Source: an uncultured Methanolobus sp. (GTDB lineage: Archaea; Halobacteriota; Methanosarcinia; Methanosarcinales; Methanosarcinaceae). Taken from it: 64,000 bases of DNA. The stretch lies in NCBI GenBank assembly GCA_963675495.1, contig OY776215.1:1536001-1600000 (forward strand). Direction: 5' to 3'. The notes below the pieces were generated by a model. That model did not search any database and was not told where the DNA came from. It worked only from the letters and a program-made list of their open reading frames with translations. This document shows positions 10,429-20,629 of the stretch, piece after piece. The number at the start of each line of letters is the position of its first letter. Position 1 is the stretch's first letter. Position numbers and translations under genes: made by a program.

Positions 10429-10940
10429 TGGATAATAAAGCACAGTTGCATACTCTGGAAGGTCTGGGTGCAGCAGTTCTTATCACGTTTTCTGTACTTA
10501 CGATCACACAGGGCATTATGGTAATAACCCCTCAGAATGAACTGGCTTCAGCCGTTCAACTGGAACAAATGAGCTATGACTCACTGGCAACTCTTGACAT
10601 AGCTCAGCATGCATCTGCCCAGTATAACCTGACAGAATGTATCGCAAGCTGGGATATGACGGAAGCCACATATCCGACTAATAATCTGAACAAACTCGAC
10701 ACCTCTCTTGCATATCTGTTGCCTGGTGTGTTATACAATGTAGATATTGCTTATTTTAAAGATGATAATCTGAATGTGAAGAAACTAATAGTAAATGGCC
10801 CACCTGGCAAAAATGCAGTCGCTGTACGACATTTCGTAACACTTACAAATCAAACTGTATACAATATGGGCGGTGGATGGAATCTGGACAACAACGAATT
10901 AAGAGTTGTTGAAGTGAGGATGACAGCATGGAAAGTCTAA
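10428..10940 (+). CDS. Type IV pilin-like protein B1
   Basis: MDNKA|QLHTLEGLGAAVLI prepilin-type leader; ATG coupled to the A1 stop (TAATG). Confidence 0.8.
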   Translation: MDNKAQLHTLEGLGAAVLITFSVLTITQGIMVITPQNELASAVQLEQMSYDSLATLDIAQHASAQYNLTECIASWDMTEATYPTNNLNKLDTSLAYLLPGVLYNVDIAYFKDDNLNVKKLIVNGPPGKNAVAVRHFVTLTNQTVYNMGGGWNLDNNELRVVEVRMTAWKV

Positions 10941-11392
10941 GAAAAGATACAAAAGGACAATGGATAGCTCTTTCCGGGCTGGTGTTATCACTAATAATAA
11001 TAGGTCTTGCAGCACTGGCCAACCAGGCAGCAATGGCAGGATACCACTCATCGAATGCTGCCCTTGAATTCCCAAAAGAGAACATCCGCGAGTTGAATTT
11101 GCATACAAGGGACAATGCAAAGATAATAAAGGAACTTTCTTTTGAGATCAACAAGACAAGCAATGAATCAATACCCGTAATATATAGACAACTGTTTGAG
11201 AACTACAGTACTCAGATTGAAATGCTATATGCTACGCACGGGGAAACTGTAGATGTATCACTGGTATCCATCAATTCCACCAACGGTACCTATGGAACTA
11301 ATGATATTGACATTATTTTTGTAAATATCACATATAATGACGGAAGAACCCATTATGTATCAGAACCTGAGGTCATAGAGGTGGGTGCATGA
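10928..11392 (+). CDS. Type IV pilin-like protein C1
   Basis: MESLRKDTKG|QWIALSGLVLSLIIIGL prepilin-type leader. Confidence 0.8.
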   Translation: MESLRKDTKGQWIALSGLVLSLIIIGLAALANQAAMAGYHSSNAALEFPKENIRELNLHTRDNAKIIKELSFEINKTSNESIPVIYRQLFENYSTQIEMLYATHGETVDVSLVSINSTNGTYGTNDIDIIFVNITYNDGRTHYVSEPEVIEVGA

Positions 11393-11832
11393 GGCGGTTA
11401 TTCAAAAACGAAGAAGGAGTTACACTTTTATTCGAGTATATACTGTTCTCTCTGATATGTATTGGCTTTTTCCTGACAATAACCCTCAACTCTAATGAGA
11501 TCTTTGTCCAGAATTCAAATGATGCTTTAATGGAGGATGAAATGAGTGATGTGGGGAATATGATGAGTACAATGATAACCGATATGTACGTCATTCTTCC
11601 TGCCAATGGCTACATTGATACAGAATACAAAATACCGGATAAAGTAGGTAAAGAAACGTACACTATCAATGCCGATACCGCATATACGGACCAGATAATA
11701 GAAGTTATTTCCCAATCATCCGGTAAGAAAGTAAGAGTTACTATCGGCGGAATTGCTACGACAATGCCGATCAACGGCACTGTATCAAGCAGTTCCACAA
11801 ACCACATGATCAGTTATGACTCAAGAAGATAG
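11389..11832 (+). CDS. Type IV pilin-like protein D1
   Basis: MRRLFKNEEG|VTLLFEYILF prepilin-type leader; ATGA overlap with C1. Confidence 0.8.
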   Translation: MRRLFKNEEGVTLLFEYILFSLICIGFFLTITLNSNEIFVQNSNDALMEDEMSDVGNMMSTMITDMYVILPANGYIDTEYKIPDKVGKETYTINADTAYTDQIIEVISQSSGKKVRVTIGGIATTMPINGTVSSSSTNHMISYDSRR

Positions 11833-12550
11833 ACGTAATGCAGCAGTTTCTGAAACTGTGGGATATATCCTGTTGTTTGGAGTTGTGGTCTTGTCGATGG
11901 GAGTTATCTATGCAATTGGATACCCTACATTGCAGTCTAATATAGATACAAATATATTTGAAAGTGCAGAACAAAATTTCATTGAACTCCAGAGTAGCAT
12001 GGAAAGAGCGGCATTTGACCAGACACCTGTGAAGGTTCACAAAATGAAACTCCAAAGCTCTGCAATCTCTGTGAGCAATGAATCATCAATGACTATCACC
12101 TATGGCAGCAACCCACCATTGCTTGTTCCTACTGGAGAAATTGTGTTTGAAAAGGACAATAAGAAATTAGTTTATGAAATGGCAGGGGTTATCAAATCAT
12201 ATCCACGAAAATCCATGGTAATGATATCAGAACCTCCGATATATGTCAATACTATCAATAACGTCACAGTAACTACAATAGGACTTATTTCTGTAAACGG
12301 GGACACCAGTGTTTCAGGAAAGGGGATGGCTACACTTAACCTTAAACATAATTCAAGTTCCATGGACAAAACTTCTTCACCAACAAATGTAACTGTCCAT
12401 ATAAACAGCACTCATGCTTCAAAATGGCAAGAGTACCTTCAAGACATAGGTTTCTCGGTAACGAACAGCACATCATCAACCGTTTCTGCCAATATTAATG
12501 ATACAATGCTGATCCTTAGCAGACATGTAGTGAACGTAGATATCTACTGA
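11816..12550 (+). CDS. Type IV pilin-like protein E1
   Basis: MTQEDRRNAA|VSETVGYILLFGVV, a typical archaeal pilin N-terminus. Confidence 0.85.
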   Translation: MTQEDRRNAAVSETVGYILLFGVVVLSMGVIYAIGYPTLQSNIDTNIFESAEQNFIELQSSMERAAFDQTPVKVHKMKLQSSAISVSNESSMTITYGSNPPLLVPTGEIVFEKDNKKLVYEMAGVIKSYPRKSMVMISEPPIYVNTINNVTVTTIGLISVNGDTSVSGKGMATLNLKHNSSSMDKTSSPTNVTVHINSTHASKWQEYLQDIGFSVTNSTSSTVSANINDTMLILSRHVVNVDIY

Positions 12551-12867
12551 ACCATTTAACGTAGATAGCTTCATTGATCGGGTTATCAATGAGTGCCACA
12601 CCATTTTTATTTTTATCTTTTTTATTGCCATTGGTGAAAGAAAGGAAAAACAGGTGTATTGGAATGTTTCTATTCTGTTTCAGATCCATATTTAGCATTA
12701 GCTGTATGATTCGGTGTTATCCAAGGCTTCGGATTTATTTCCAGCAAAGCCCTACAACATCAAATAAGCAATATTGCAGCATAGCTGTCGCTAAATACCA
12801 TAATCAAAAAACAGAAACAACAAAAAAGAAAATAAGATTCTTTGTGAAAAGTACAAAGAATCCAGTT

Positions 12868-15800
12868 TTAACTAAGGCTTATCATTCCCCTTGGCCTGAT
12901 AATCAGCACGTCTTTGGCAACAAGAACATCACTTGCATTATTCACATTATACGCATATGCAGTAATGTAAGCTTTACCAGCAGCAACACTTGTGAAATTA
13001 ACATTATCTGACCCTACAACAGTCACATTGATAGGATTCTCATAATCCCCGAAATATCCCATGCTACTAAAAAGGTGTACATAAGCAAAGCTGGAATTGC
13101 CCATTACATCCGTGAGTGTCAAACTGATATTTGCAGTGTTAGCTATGGGAAGGATAGTCCTATCTGGTTCCATGTCTAAATTTCCCAGTGCATAAGAAAG
13201 AACACCTGCGCCGCCACCGCCCAAACTTGCACTTCCACCACTTGGTATGTAGACTGTGATGTTCTCACCACTAAGATCAGTGTATGTTACTGTGGATGTT
13301 GGCATTATAAGAGGAACATAACCGGCACCATCAACCCGCATCTGGTACAATATACCCCATTTATCGCCAGGACCAAGATTTGGCAACTGCCACTCAAGAA
13401 TAGACTTCCCACTGGATGTGGTGATAGTGGGTTCTGCATTTCCTGTAGGAGGTAACACTGGTGATTCAAATGCAGTAATATTGCCACTTGTGGCATTACT
13501 GCTTCCTGAAATATACGTTGCCTTTGCAACAGATAATGGAGTAATATAATTGTAAGGAACATGTATGTCCAGTACCGGGCCACCTGCTGAGAAATTGGTG
13601 AGCTGTGCAGCAATACCCCTGAAAATCTCCTTCAAAACACTGGAGTTAGGTGCGAAGTAGTATTCTCCACCTGTTATGTTTGCAATTTCCCCCAGCACAG
13701 GATCGACTTCAGACTCGTTGTTGCCAAAACCTACTGTGTATATCACGGTATCGTTATCTCTGGCTCTGTACGCTTCCTCCAGCAGGGAATGATATCCTGC
13801 ATTATCGAGTCCATCCGTCATCAGGACTATTGTGGAATTACCATCTACAGAAGATAACTCATTGTTGGCAACGAACAAACCTTCATCTATTGCAGTCAAC
13901 CCATCTGCTGTAATAGTGTCAATGGCATTTTCCAGATGTGAAAGGGAATCGTTATCAAAAGTTGATGTTGCACTTGCCGTCCATTCATTCCACGATACAG
14001 GAGTGCTTTTTGGAGAGTTATCCAAATCCTTGAATACCATATCAAAACACTCATAGTATCGTGTAGATGATGTCTCGACTTCAGTAACCAGGTCCCAGGA
14101 AGAACCATCCCATTTCTGGATATTAAGATCATTGTTCCCGTCAGATGTCATGAGGAAAATCTCATTTGAAGCCGTATTTGATGCCAGTTGCACCCAACGC
14201 GTATAGCCACTTCCCCCCAGGTTCGTTGCAGATGATTCTGAACTCCAGGAAGAACCATCCCATGTGCTGTACTTAGGAGTTGAACTGCTATCACCCCAGA
14301 CCACCAGGCCTTCACCACTAGACGGTTCAAAGACAACATCAACAGACCTTCTGCTGTATTCATAGACATTAGTTTCAATTTCCTGAGGCGATGACCATGA
14401 AGAACCATCCCATGAGGTGACATGAATATCATAAGAATTATCCACTGATGCCAGAAGTATGTCATCGGAATTGGGGTCTGCTGCCATCTTTATCCAATAA
14501 ACACGTGCATCAGGAGAATACAGACTGCTTGCAGAGCTCCATGAACTGCCGTCCCATATGCGATATCTTACATCACCTGTACCCATATCAGCCCATGCAA
14601 CTATTGCTCTTCCGGTATTTTGTTCATATACAACATCATAGCACTGGTAACTTGTCGCTCTGGCATTGTTTGTTATAGAGATGAGATTACCCCATGAAGA
14701 ACCATCCCATACCTGCGCACGTATGTCTCTTTCATCATCAAGGGTCACAAGAACCATTTCATCAGAATCAGGATTCGCTTCAAGTCTGACCCATCCAATG
14801 TCACCAGCTCCCGGATTGCTGCCATCCACCGCAGCACTGGAGCTCCAGGAAGAGCCATCCCATATACGATAGCGAGGAACACCATCATTTATGTTCTTAT
14901 CCACATAAGCCACAACCGCATCACCAGAAATCTGTTCGTATTTTATGTCGAAACCTCTTCGACTATAGGAATCCAGATGACTTGTGAACTGGCTGGCACT
15001 ACTCCACGACAAGCCATCCCATATCTGAACGTTTACATCATTATTACTGTCAGCCGTGCCCATAATTATCTCTGAGCTCAGAGGATTGGATTCAAGCACT
15101 ACCTGGTAGGGGCTTCCGCCTACATAGTTCGCAGATTGTTCCACTGACCATTGAAGGCCGTCCCACGTCCTGAACTTAGGAGTTCCGCCACCTCCCCCAC
15201 TATCATAATATGCAGTCATAATAGTATCCACCAAGGAAGTAGAGACATTGATGGTGAATTGGGAATCAGTGAGTGAATCAGTTCCTTTGACCATATCCAG
15301 ATGATATGTTTCTCCTGCTGAAAGTAGATAAGAAACTTCACATGCACCTGTTCCATTCGAAGAGTCCAGAAGTTCTATACCACCATAAAGATGGGTATCG
15401 ATAAGTGAGGAATCATCCCAGGAAACGTTGAAATTGTACAAACCATCAGATGGAGCAGTAAAATATCCTACCCATGTGCTGTTGTCCAGAATATAACTTG
15501 TCTGGTTATCACTCAAAACGACATCCTCAAAACTGTAAAGGGCAAGTCCTGCCTTATCACCCCGGCTTTCGTCAAAACTTGATATGAATGCATGAGAGGA
15601 TAATTTAGTTGCACTTTTCTTGTCGATATATGTTGATATTGTGAAATCCTCAGTTACAGCACCTGTACCTGTTACATTTATCGTCCAATTGCCCATATCC
15701 ACAGTATCATCGTCATCATCAGGGTAAAGGTAAGATAGAGGCTCTATCCAGATGTACTCGGAAGTGTTGCCATTTATGTAGTATCCGGTTGAGTCCTCAC

Positions 15801-18399
15801 TAAGGCCGTAGATTTTTCCAGAAGGACTGATCAGTTGAAGAGAGAGATCAGAAGAACTGTTTTCCCAATCAAGTTGTACCTTAAGATCATTGAGGGTCTC
15901 ATTTATAAGAATATTAGCTTCAAAAGAACCCGGTATTACCAAAGAATCCTGGAATGTATAGTCATACGGTGTAAATCCTTCCACACCATACTCAATGTCA
16001 GATATATCATAATCACTTAGTTCCTGAGCAATGGTACTATATATTTCACTTAGATCTGAACTATCCGGTGCGTTATAATATGTACCTCCGGTCTCTGATG
16101 CTATATGCCTCAAAAGGGATTCATCAAGATTACTTCCAAGGCCAATTGTGTAGATGGTGACTCCATTATCATTGGCATCATTTATGGCATTTTCACCATC
16201 CTGATCAGTACCTGAATTGGTTTTTCCATCGGTCAGGACAACCATTACTTTCCTGGCACCTGAGCGACCATTGTTTATAAGAAGATCATTTGCATCCCCC
16301 ATACCTTCACCCATTGCAGTATAACCACCATCCACTAATGCATCAATGGCATTGTACACAGGAGTTTTGTTAGCGTATGAGTTCAACGAGGTCATGCCCA
16401 GATCTACGCTGCTTGAAGTAGCAAATGAAACCACACCTACCTCTGAATTGGATACGAGATTATCCACGAATTCCTTTGCAGCTTCTTTTGCATCGGCAAT
16501 TGGAGTTCCGGACATACTTCCGGAACGATCCATCACAATAACTACATCAAGGGGAGTTCCCGCATAATAATCAGGGTCCATACTACCTGAGCGATCAAGA
16601 ACTAACATGGCACTTGCAGCGGGCCTTGTAATTGGGAGTTCACCTTCTACGGATATTATTGTTGTGACGTTTACGATTGATCCCGAACTTACTGAAGAAG
16701 GACTTATTTGCAGAGATACGCTCATGAAAGGTTCGTCTTTGACGCTTACATTCGTTGACGTGGTGAAATTTCCACTTGTTGCCATGATAGTAGTATTTCC
16801 TGAAACGTTCCCAAGAAATGTACCATATATTCGCCCTTCAGAATCGGTTGTAGCATTGATAGGATCTGTGGAGTTTATTCCATCTACTGTAAGTGTTCCA
16901 ACTGTTGTATTAGCGTTATTAAGAACAAAACTTATATTGGAAAGAGAATGACCCCATTCATCCAATGCAACGAGTGTGACTCCAGACTCATGATTTCCAT
17001 TAAGACCCTGAGCCAGAACCGTATCCGGAACAGAGTAAAAGTCAATTATACTTAGAGGACCGGTTGTAAAATCAAGTGTAGTGTTGTTGATGAAGTCCGT
17101 GTATCCGGATTCGTTCCTGTAAGTGGCTGTTACAGAAAGAGATTCAATATAAGGTGTCGGACCCACAACAGCGTTTGCATAACCTTGGGTATTCAAAGGA
17201 ATAAGTAATAAAGTACCACTATCTGTTGTAAATCTTATCTGCTCTTTTATGGAAGTGGCCGACGGCAATATTGGGTTTAAAAATTTATCAACTGGCCGGG
17301 CAGACAATGTATAGGTATCTATATTGTTAGCGATAGCATTTTCAGGAGAGTAGGTAAGAAAGAGATTATCCACCTCATCTGCAAGACCTGTTATTGAAAT
17401 ATTATGCTTCAATGAAGTGTTAATTACATTGATTCCCACAATATTTTCTCCCGCTCTTTTATCAGTTGTGAAAATATTGGATACTTTTCCATTTATATCG
17501 GTGAGTCCGCTGTAGACATTAATAGAAGCTGAATCATATGCGATTGGACTATTGTAAACTGTAGCTACTGGTGATGTTACATTGAACGTGACATTCACAT
17601 TTTTTATCGGATTCTCATATGTGTCATAAATACTTACATACATGCTTGAGCTTGTGTTTACAGTATAATCATCATTGTAAACAACTCTCATCAAAGCAGG
17701 AGAGCCAGGTATGATCTCAACTTGCGTGACATTTGAAACTGAGCCAACAGAAGAGGTAATGGTGATATTACCCGCAACTGTCGAATTGAGACTCAAGACC
17801 GAACTATCGGACAGACCACTTGTATAAGATGTACTTGTGGTTGTCTTGTTAGCATCAAAATGTGTTACATTGGCAGAAGATATTGATAATGGAATATCAT
17901 ATATTGTGTTGCCTGACATGTCGTTTATAGTCACATTCAAACCAATTAGCTCAGTTGAATTGATATTTCCAAAAATATCAACCGGAGCAAAGGTTATGTT
18001 GGTTATATTGCCTGCAGTATTAACTGAATGGTCAATATCAATAAGGATAGAAGAAGCCTCCAGTGGCAGGAATGTGACGTCTGTTAGGTTGTAATCACCC
18101 CCCACACTCGCATTGATATGTGCTATTCCACTTGCAGTGGAATTGACACTCACTTCTGCGATTCCCGATGAATTGCTGTACGTGGAAGATGAACTAAGAA
18201 CACCCATGTCTGTTGTGAAATTTACTTCAGTATTGTTCACAGGTGTACCGTTATTTGTGATCACTACGCTTATATTAGCCGTTTCCCCCGCTCCGCCCCG
18301 GACATCTGTCGTTAGATAATCCACGCTCAATGCCAGAGCTGACATCGAGAATATAAGAAAAATTATACATGTATACATACACTTTTTTAAGTATTCCAT
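12868..18399 (-). CDS. Giant secreted adhesin-like protein 1 (Ig-like domains, two vWA domains, beta-propeller-like repeats), 1843 aa
   Basis: Sec-type signal (..FSMSALA|), invasin/Big_1-like repeats (VNFTTDMG, TDINGKV, TDSEGR), two DRSGS MIDAS motifs, two TDG motifs, 8 WDGxxW repeats. Confidence 0.9.
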   Translation of the reverse strand: MEYLKKCMYTCIIFLIFSMSALALSVDYLTTDVRGGAGETANISVVITNNGTPVNNTEVNFTTDMGVLSSSSTYSNSSGIAEVSVNSTASGIAHINASVGGDYNLTDVTFLPLEASSILIDIDHSVNTAGNITNITFAPVDIFGNINSTELIGLNVTINDMSGNTIYDIPLSISSANVTHFDANKTTTSTSYTSGLSDSSVLSLNSTVAGNITITSSVGSVSNVTQVEIIPGSPALMRVVYNDDYTVNTSSSMYVSIYDTYENPIKNVNVTFNVTSPVATVYNSPIAYDSASINVYSGLTDINGKVSNIFTTDKRAGENIVGINVINTSLKHNISITGLADEVDNLFLTYSPENAIANNIDTYTLSARPVDKFLNPILPSATSIKEQIRFTTDSGTLLLIPLNTQGYANAVVGPTPYIESLSVTATYRNESGYTDFINNTTLDFTTGPLSIIDFYSVPDTVLAQGLNGNHESGVTLVALDEWGHSLSNISFVLNNANTTVGTLTVDGINSTDPINATTDSEGRIYGTFLGNVSGNTTIMATSGNFTTSTNVSVKDEPFMSVSLQISPSSVSSGSIVNVTTIISVEGELPITRPAASAMLVLDRSGSMDPDYYAGTPLDVVIVMDRSGSMSGTPIADAKEAAKEFVDNLVSNSEVGVVSFATSSSVDLGMTSLNSYANKTPVYNAIDALVDGGYTAMGEGMGDANDLLINNGRSGARKVMVVLTDGKTNSGTDQDGENAINDANDNGVTIYTIGLGSNLDESLLRHIASETGGTYYNAPDSSDLSEIYSTIAQELSDYDISDIEYGVEGFTPYDYTFQDSLVIPGSFEANILINETLNDLKVQLDWENSSSDLSLQLISPSGKIYGLSEDSTGYYINGNTSEYIWIEPLSYLYPDDDDDTVDMGNWTINVTGTGAVTEDFTISTYIDKKSATKLSSHAFISSFDESRGDKAGLALYSFEDVVLSDNQTSYILDNSTWVGYFTAPSDGLYNFNVSWDDSSLIDTHLYGGIELLDSSNGTGACEVSYLLSAGETYHLDMVKGTDSLTDSQFTINVSTSLVDTIMTAYYDSGGGGGTPKFRTWDGLQWSVEQSANYVGGSPYQVVLESNPLSSEIIMGTADSNNDVNVQIWDGLSWSSASQFTSHLDSYSRRGFDIKYEQISGDAVVAYVDKNINDGVPRYRIWDGSSWSSSAAVDGSNPGAGDIGWVRLEANPDSDEMVLVTLDDERDIRAQVWDGSSWGNLISITNNARATSYQCYDVVYEQNTGRAIVAWADMGTGDVRYRIWDGSSWSSASSLYSPDARVYWIKMAADPNSDDILLASVDNSYDIHVTSWDGSSWSSPQEIETNVYEYSRRSVDVVFEPSSGEGLVVWGDSSSTPKYSTWDGSSWSSESSATNLGGSGYTRWVQLASNTASNEIFLMTSDGNNDLNIQKWDGSSWDLVTEVETSSTRYYECFDMVFKDLDNSPKSTPVSWNEWTASATSTFDNDSLSHLENAIDTITADGLTAIDEGLFVANNELSSVDGNSTIVLMTDGLDNAGYHSLLEEAYRARDNDTVIYTVGFGNNESEVDPVLGEIANITGGEYYFAPNSSVLKEIFRGIAAQLTNFSAGGPVLDIHVPYNYITPLSVAKATYISGSSNATSGNITAFESPVLPPTGNAEPTITTSSGKSILEWQLPNLGPGDKWGILYQMRVDGAGYVPLIMPTSTVTYTDLSGENITVYIPSGGSASLGGGGAGVLSYALGNLDMEPDRTILPIANTANISLTLTDVMGNSSFAYVHLFSSMGYFGDYENPINVTVVGSDNVNFTSVAAGKAYITAYAYNVNNASDVLVAKDVLIIRPRGMISLS

Positions 18400-18666
18400 A
18401 AAAATACCCCTAAATTACCCTGTTTTGCACTATTATCAGCATGATATCGAAATAAGAATATTAACTATAATTATTAGATATTCATTAGAGTTATATAATT
18501 GATAATATAAGTTATTTCGCATACAATCCCCGTATGAGAATTTAAATTTCAAATGAAAGAGAGAAAATCGATAAGCTAAAAATAAAACATGAAGTGAATA
18601 TATATCATCAGTATATTATTCATTTTAACAAACTATTTTTATATTACATATCACATATATAATACG

Positions 18667-19647
18667 ATGATCGATGAAAAGGGCCAGATCGCAGTAGACT
18701 TTCTACTTGGAATATCATTATTCCTTATTGCGCTTATTTTTATTGTACAGTTTATTCCAGGTCTCTTCCTTTCAGGATCTGCCGGAGAGAGCAGTTTAGA
18801 TTACACTGCATATCGCACGGCTGCAATCCTTACTGAGGATACAGGATGGTGGGCCAATAGCACATCCAGTGGAACTGGATGGGAAACACACCCTGACAAT
18901 ATAATGCGTATCGGACTTGCAGTCGATGACGAACCAGAATCAAAGCTTACCAATAGCCCAAATCTCTTATCAGAGGATAAGATCGATCGATTTATGGTTT
19001 TGAATGAAAGTACCATCATTGAAATGTTGGGCTTGTATAATAATGTCGATGACACTAAATTTTCCTACGGTTATAACATCTCAATTACACAAAATAATAC
19101 ACCCCTTGTCCTGAACAATAAATCTCTCACATTGGGTGAACCAACGCCCAATGACAGGGAAACTTCAAAAATTACCCGTATAGTATTGATAGAGATAGAA
19201 AAAGTAATTGATGTACAGTTTGAAGCAGATGAACTGACAATGAATCCATCAAAAGTTGAAGATCCTATATTGAACGTTGCAGGACCCTTGAACTGTGAAA
19301 TGACAGTGCTGATCAACAATTTGAGCATAACCGGAGGCGACCCCAGTTTTAAGAGACTGATGCTGGACGGAGTACAACTCGACGAAGGTCCGGATTATAT
19401 TTCTTATCAGCTGGTCAATGGGACCATGGTACCATTGGGATCCACAGGCAAGATCACCAGTAGCGATATCGTGGTCTTTGAACTGGAGCCGGGGATTTTC
19501 ACCGACAACCGCACATACGAGCTGCTAATTGACTTTAAAGACATTACATTTTCAGTAGCAGGACCTCCGTATTTGGACTTTAACCAATACATTAGAACCC
19601 TTTTGGAGTATGAACCAGCATACCTTACAGTAGAGGTGTGGAATTGA
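18667..19647 (+). CDS. Type IV pilin-like protein A2 (paralogue of A1)
   Basis: MIDEKG|QIAVDFLLG; shares SAGESSLDYTAYRTA and YEPAYLTVEVW with A1. Confidence 0.8.
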   Translation: MIDEKGQIAVDFLLGISLFLIALIFIVQFIPGLFLSGSAGESSLDYTAYRTAAILTEDTGWWANSTSSGTGWETHPDNIMRIGLAVDDEPESKLTNSPNLLSEDKIDRFMVLNESTIIEMLGLYNNVDDTKFSYGYNISITQNNTPLVLNNKSLTLGEPTPNDRETSKITRIVLIEIEKVIDVQFEADELTMNPSKVEDPILNVAGPLNCEMTVLINNLSITGGDPSFKRLMLDGVQLDEGPDYISYQLVNGTMVPLGSTGKITSSDIVVFELEPGIFTDNRTYELLIDFKDITFSVAGPPYLDFNQYIRTLLEYEPAYLTVEVWN

Positions 19648-20177
19648 ACGATAAAGCACAGCTACATACCCTTGAGGGACTGGCTGCAGCAGTACTCATG
19701 ACCATGACCGTGCTCATAATCACAAATAGTACTATGATAGTCACTCCGCAAAATGAGATGGCCATAGATGTCCAGTTAGAGCAAATGGGCTTTGATGCAC
19801 TCACAGTTATTGACATAGTACCTAATTCATCAGCTCAGTCCAATACGACACCAATTCTTCATAACCTGACTGCCTGTATTGCAAGCTGGGATATGAATAA
19901 TGCCACATATCCCGCAAACAATCTTGAAAATCTTGATGACAGTCTTTCATATTTATTGCCTGATACATTATACAATGTCGACCTTGCATACTTTGAGAAC
20001 GGGAATCTGGAACAAAAAAGAGTGATCATCAAAGGGTCCCCCGGAAAAAACGCAGTCGTTGTACGACATTTTGTAACGCTTACAAACCAGACCGTATACA
20101 ACATGGGCGGCGGATGGAATCTGGACAACGATGAGTTAAGAGTCGTTGAAGTGAGGATGACAGCATGGAAAGTTTAA
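19638..20177 (+). CDS. Type IV pilin-like protein B2
   Basis: DKA|QLHTLEGLAAAVL; paralogue of B1. Confidence 0.8.
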   Translation: MELNDKAQLHTLEGLAAAVLMTMTVLIITNSTMIVTPQNEMAIDVQLEQMGFDALTVIDIVPNSSAQSNTTPILHNLTACIASWDMNNATYPANNLENLDDSLSYLLPDTLYNVDLAYFENGNLEQKRVIIKGSPGKNAVVVRHFVTLTNQTVYNMGGGWNLDNDELRVVEVRMTAWKV

Positions 20178-20629
20178 GAAAAGATACAAAAGGACAATGG
20201 ATAGCTCTTTCCGGACTTGTGTTATCACTAATAATCATAGGTCTTGCAGCACTTGCCAATCAGGCGGCAATGGCAGGGTACCACTCATCCAATGCTGCCC
20301 TTGAATTTCCGAAAGAGAACATACGCGAATTGAATTTGCATACAAGGGATAATGCAAAGATAATAAAGGACCTTTCTTTTGAGATAAACAAGACAAGTAA
20401 TGAAACGATACCCGTAATATATGGACAACTGTTCGAAAACTACAGTAATCAGATTGAAATGCTATATGCCACACACGGAGAAACTGTAGATGTATCACTG
20501 GTATCCATCAATTCCACCAACGGTACGTATGGCATTAATGATATTGACATTATTTTTGTAAATATCACATATAATGACGGAAGAACTCACTATGTCTCAG
20601 AACCTGAGGTCATTGAGGTGGGAGAATGA
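20165..20629 (+). CDS. Type IV pilin-like protein C2
   Basis: Differs from C1 at 6 of 154 residues (manual count). Confidence 0.8.
   Translation: MESLRKDTKGQWIALSGLVLSLIIIGLAALANQAAMAGYHSSNAALEFPKENIRELNLHTRDNAKIIKDLSFEINKTSNETIPVIYGQLFENYSNQIEMLYATHGETVDVSLVSINSTNGTYGINDIDIIFVNITYNDGRTHYVSEPEVIEVGE

Noticed and set aside
12574-13011. 145-aa plus-strand ORF between pilin E1 and adhesin 1
   Set aside because: Runs through T- and A-tracts, overlaps the adhesin 3' end and has no counterpart in the second unit.
14090-15170. Recurring DNA motif GAAGAACCATCCCA / GAAGAGCCATCCCA, superficially CRISPR-like
   Set aside because: Short, degenerate, ~150 bp apart and in frame; it encodes the WDGSS protein repeats. 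No cas genes are present.
12551-18666. Possible invertible (phase-variable) segment explaining the opposite orientation of the adhesin
   Set aside because: No flanking inverted repeats seen, no recombinase in the window, and both units have the same orientation.
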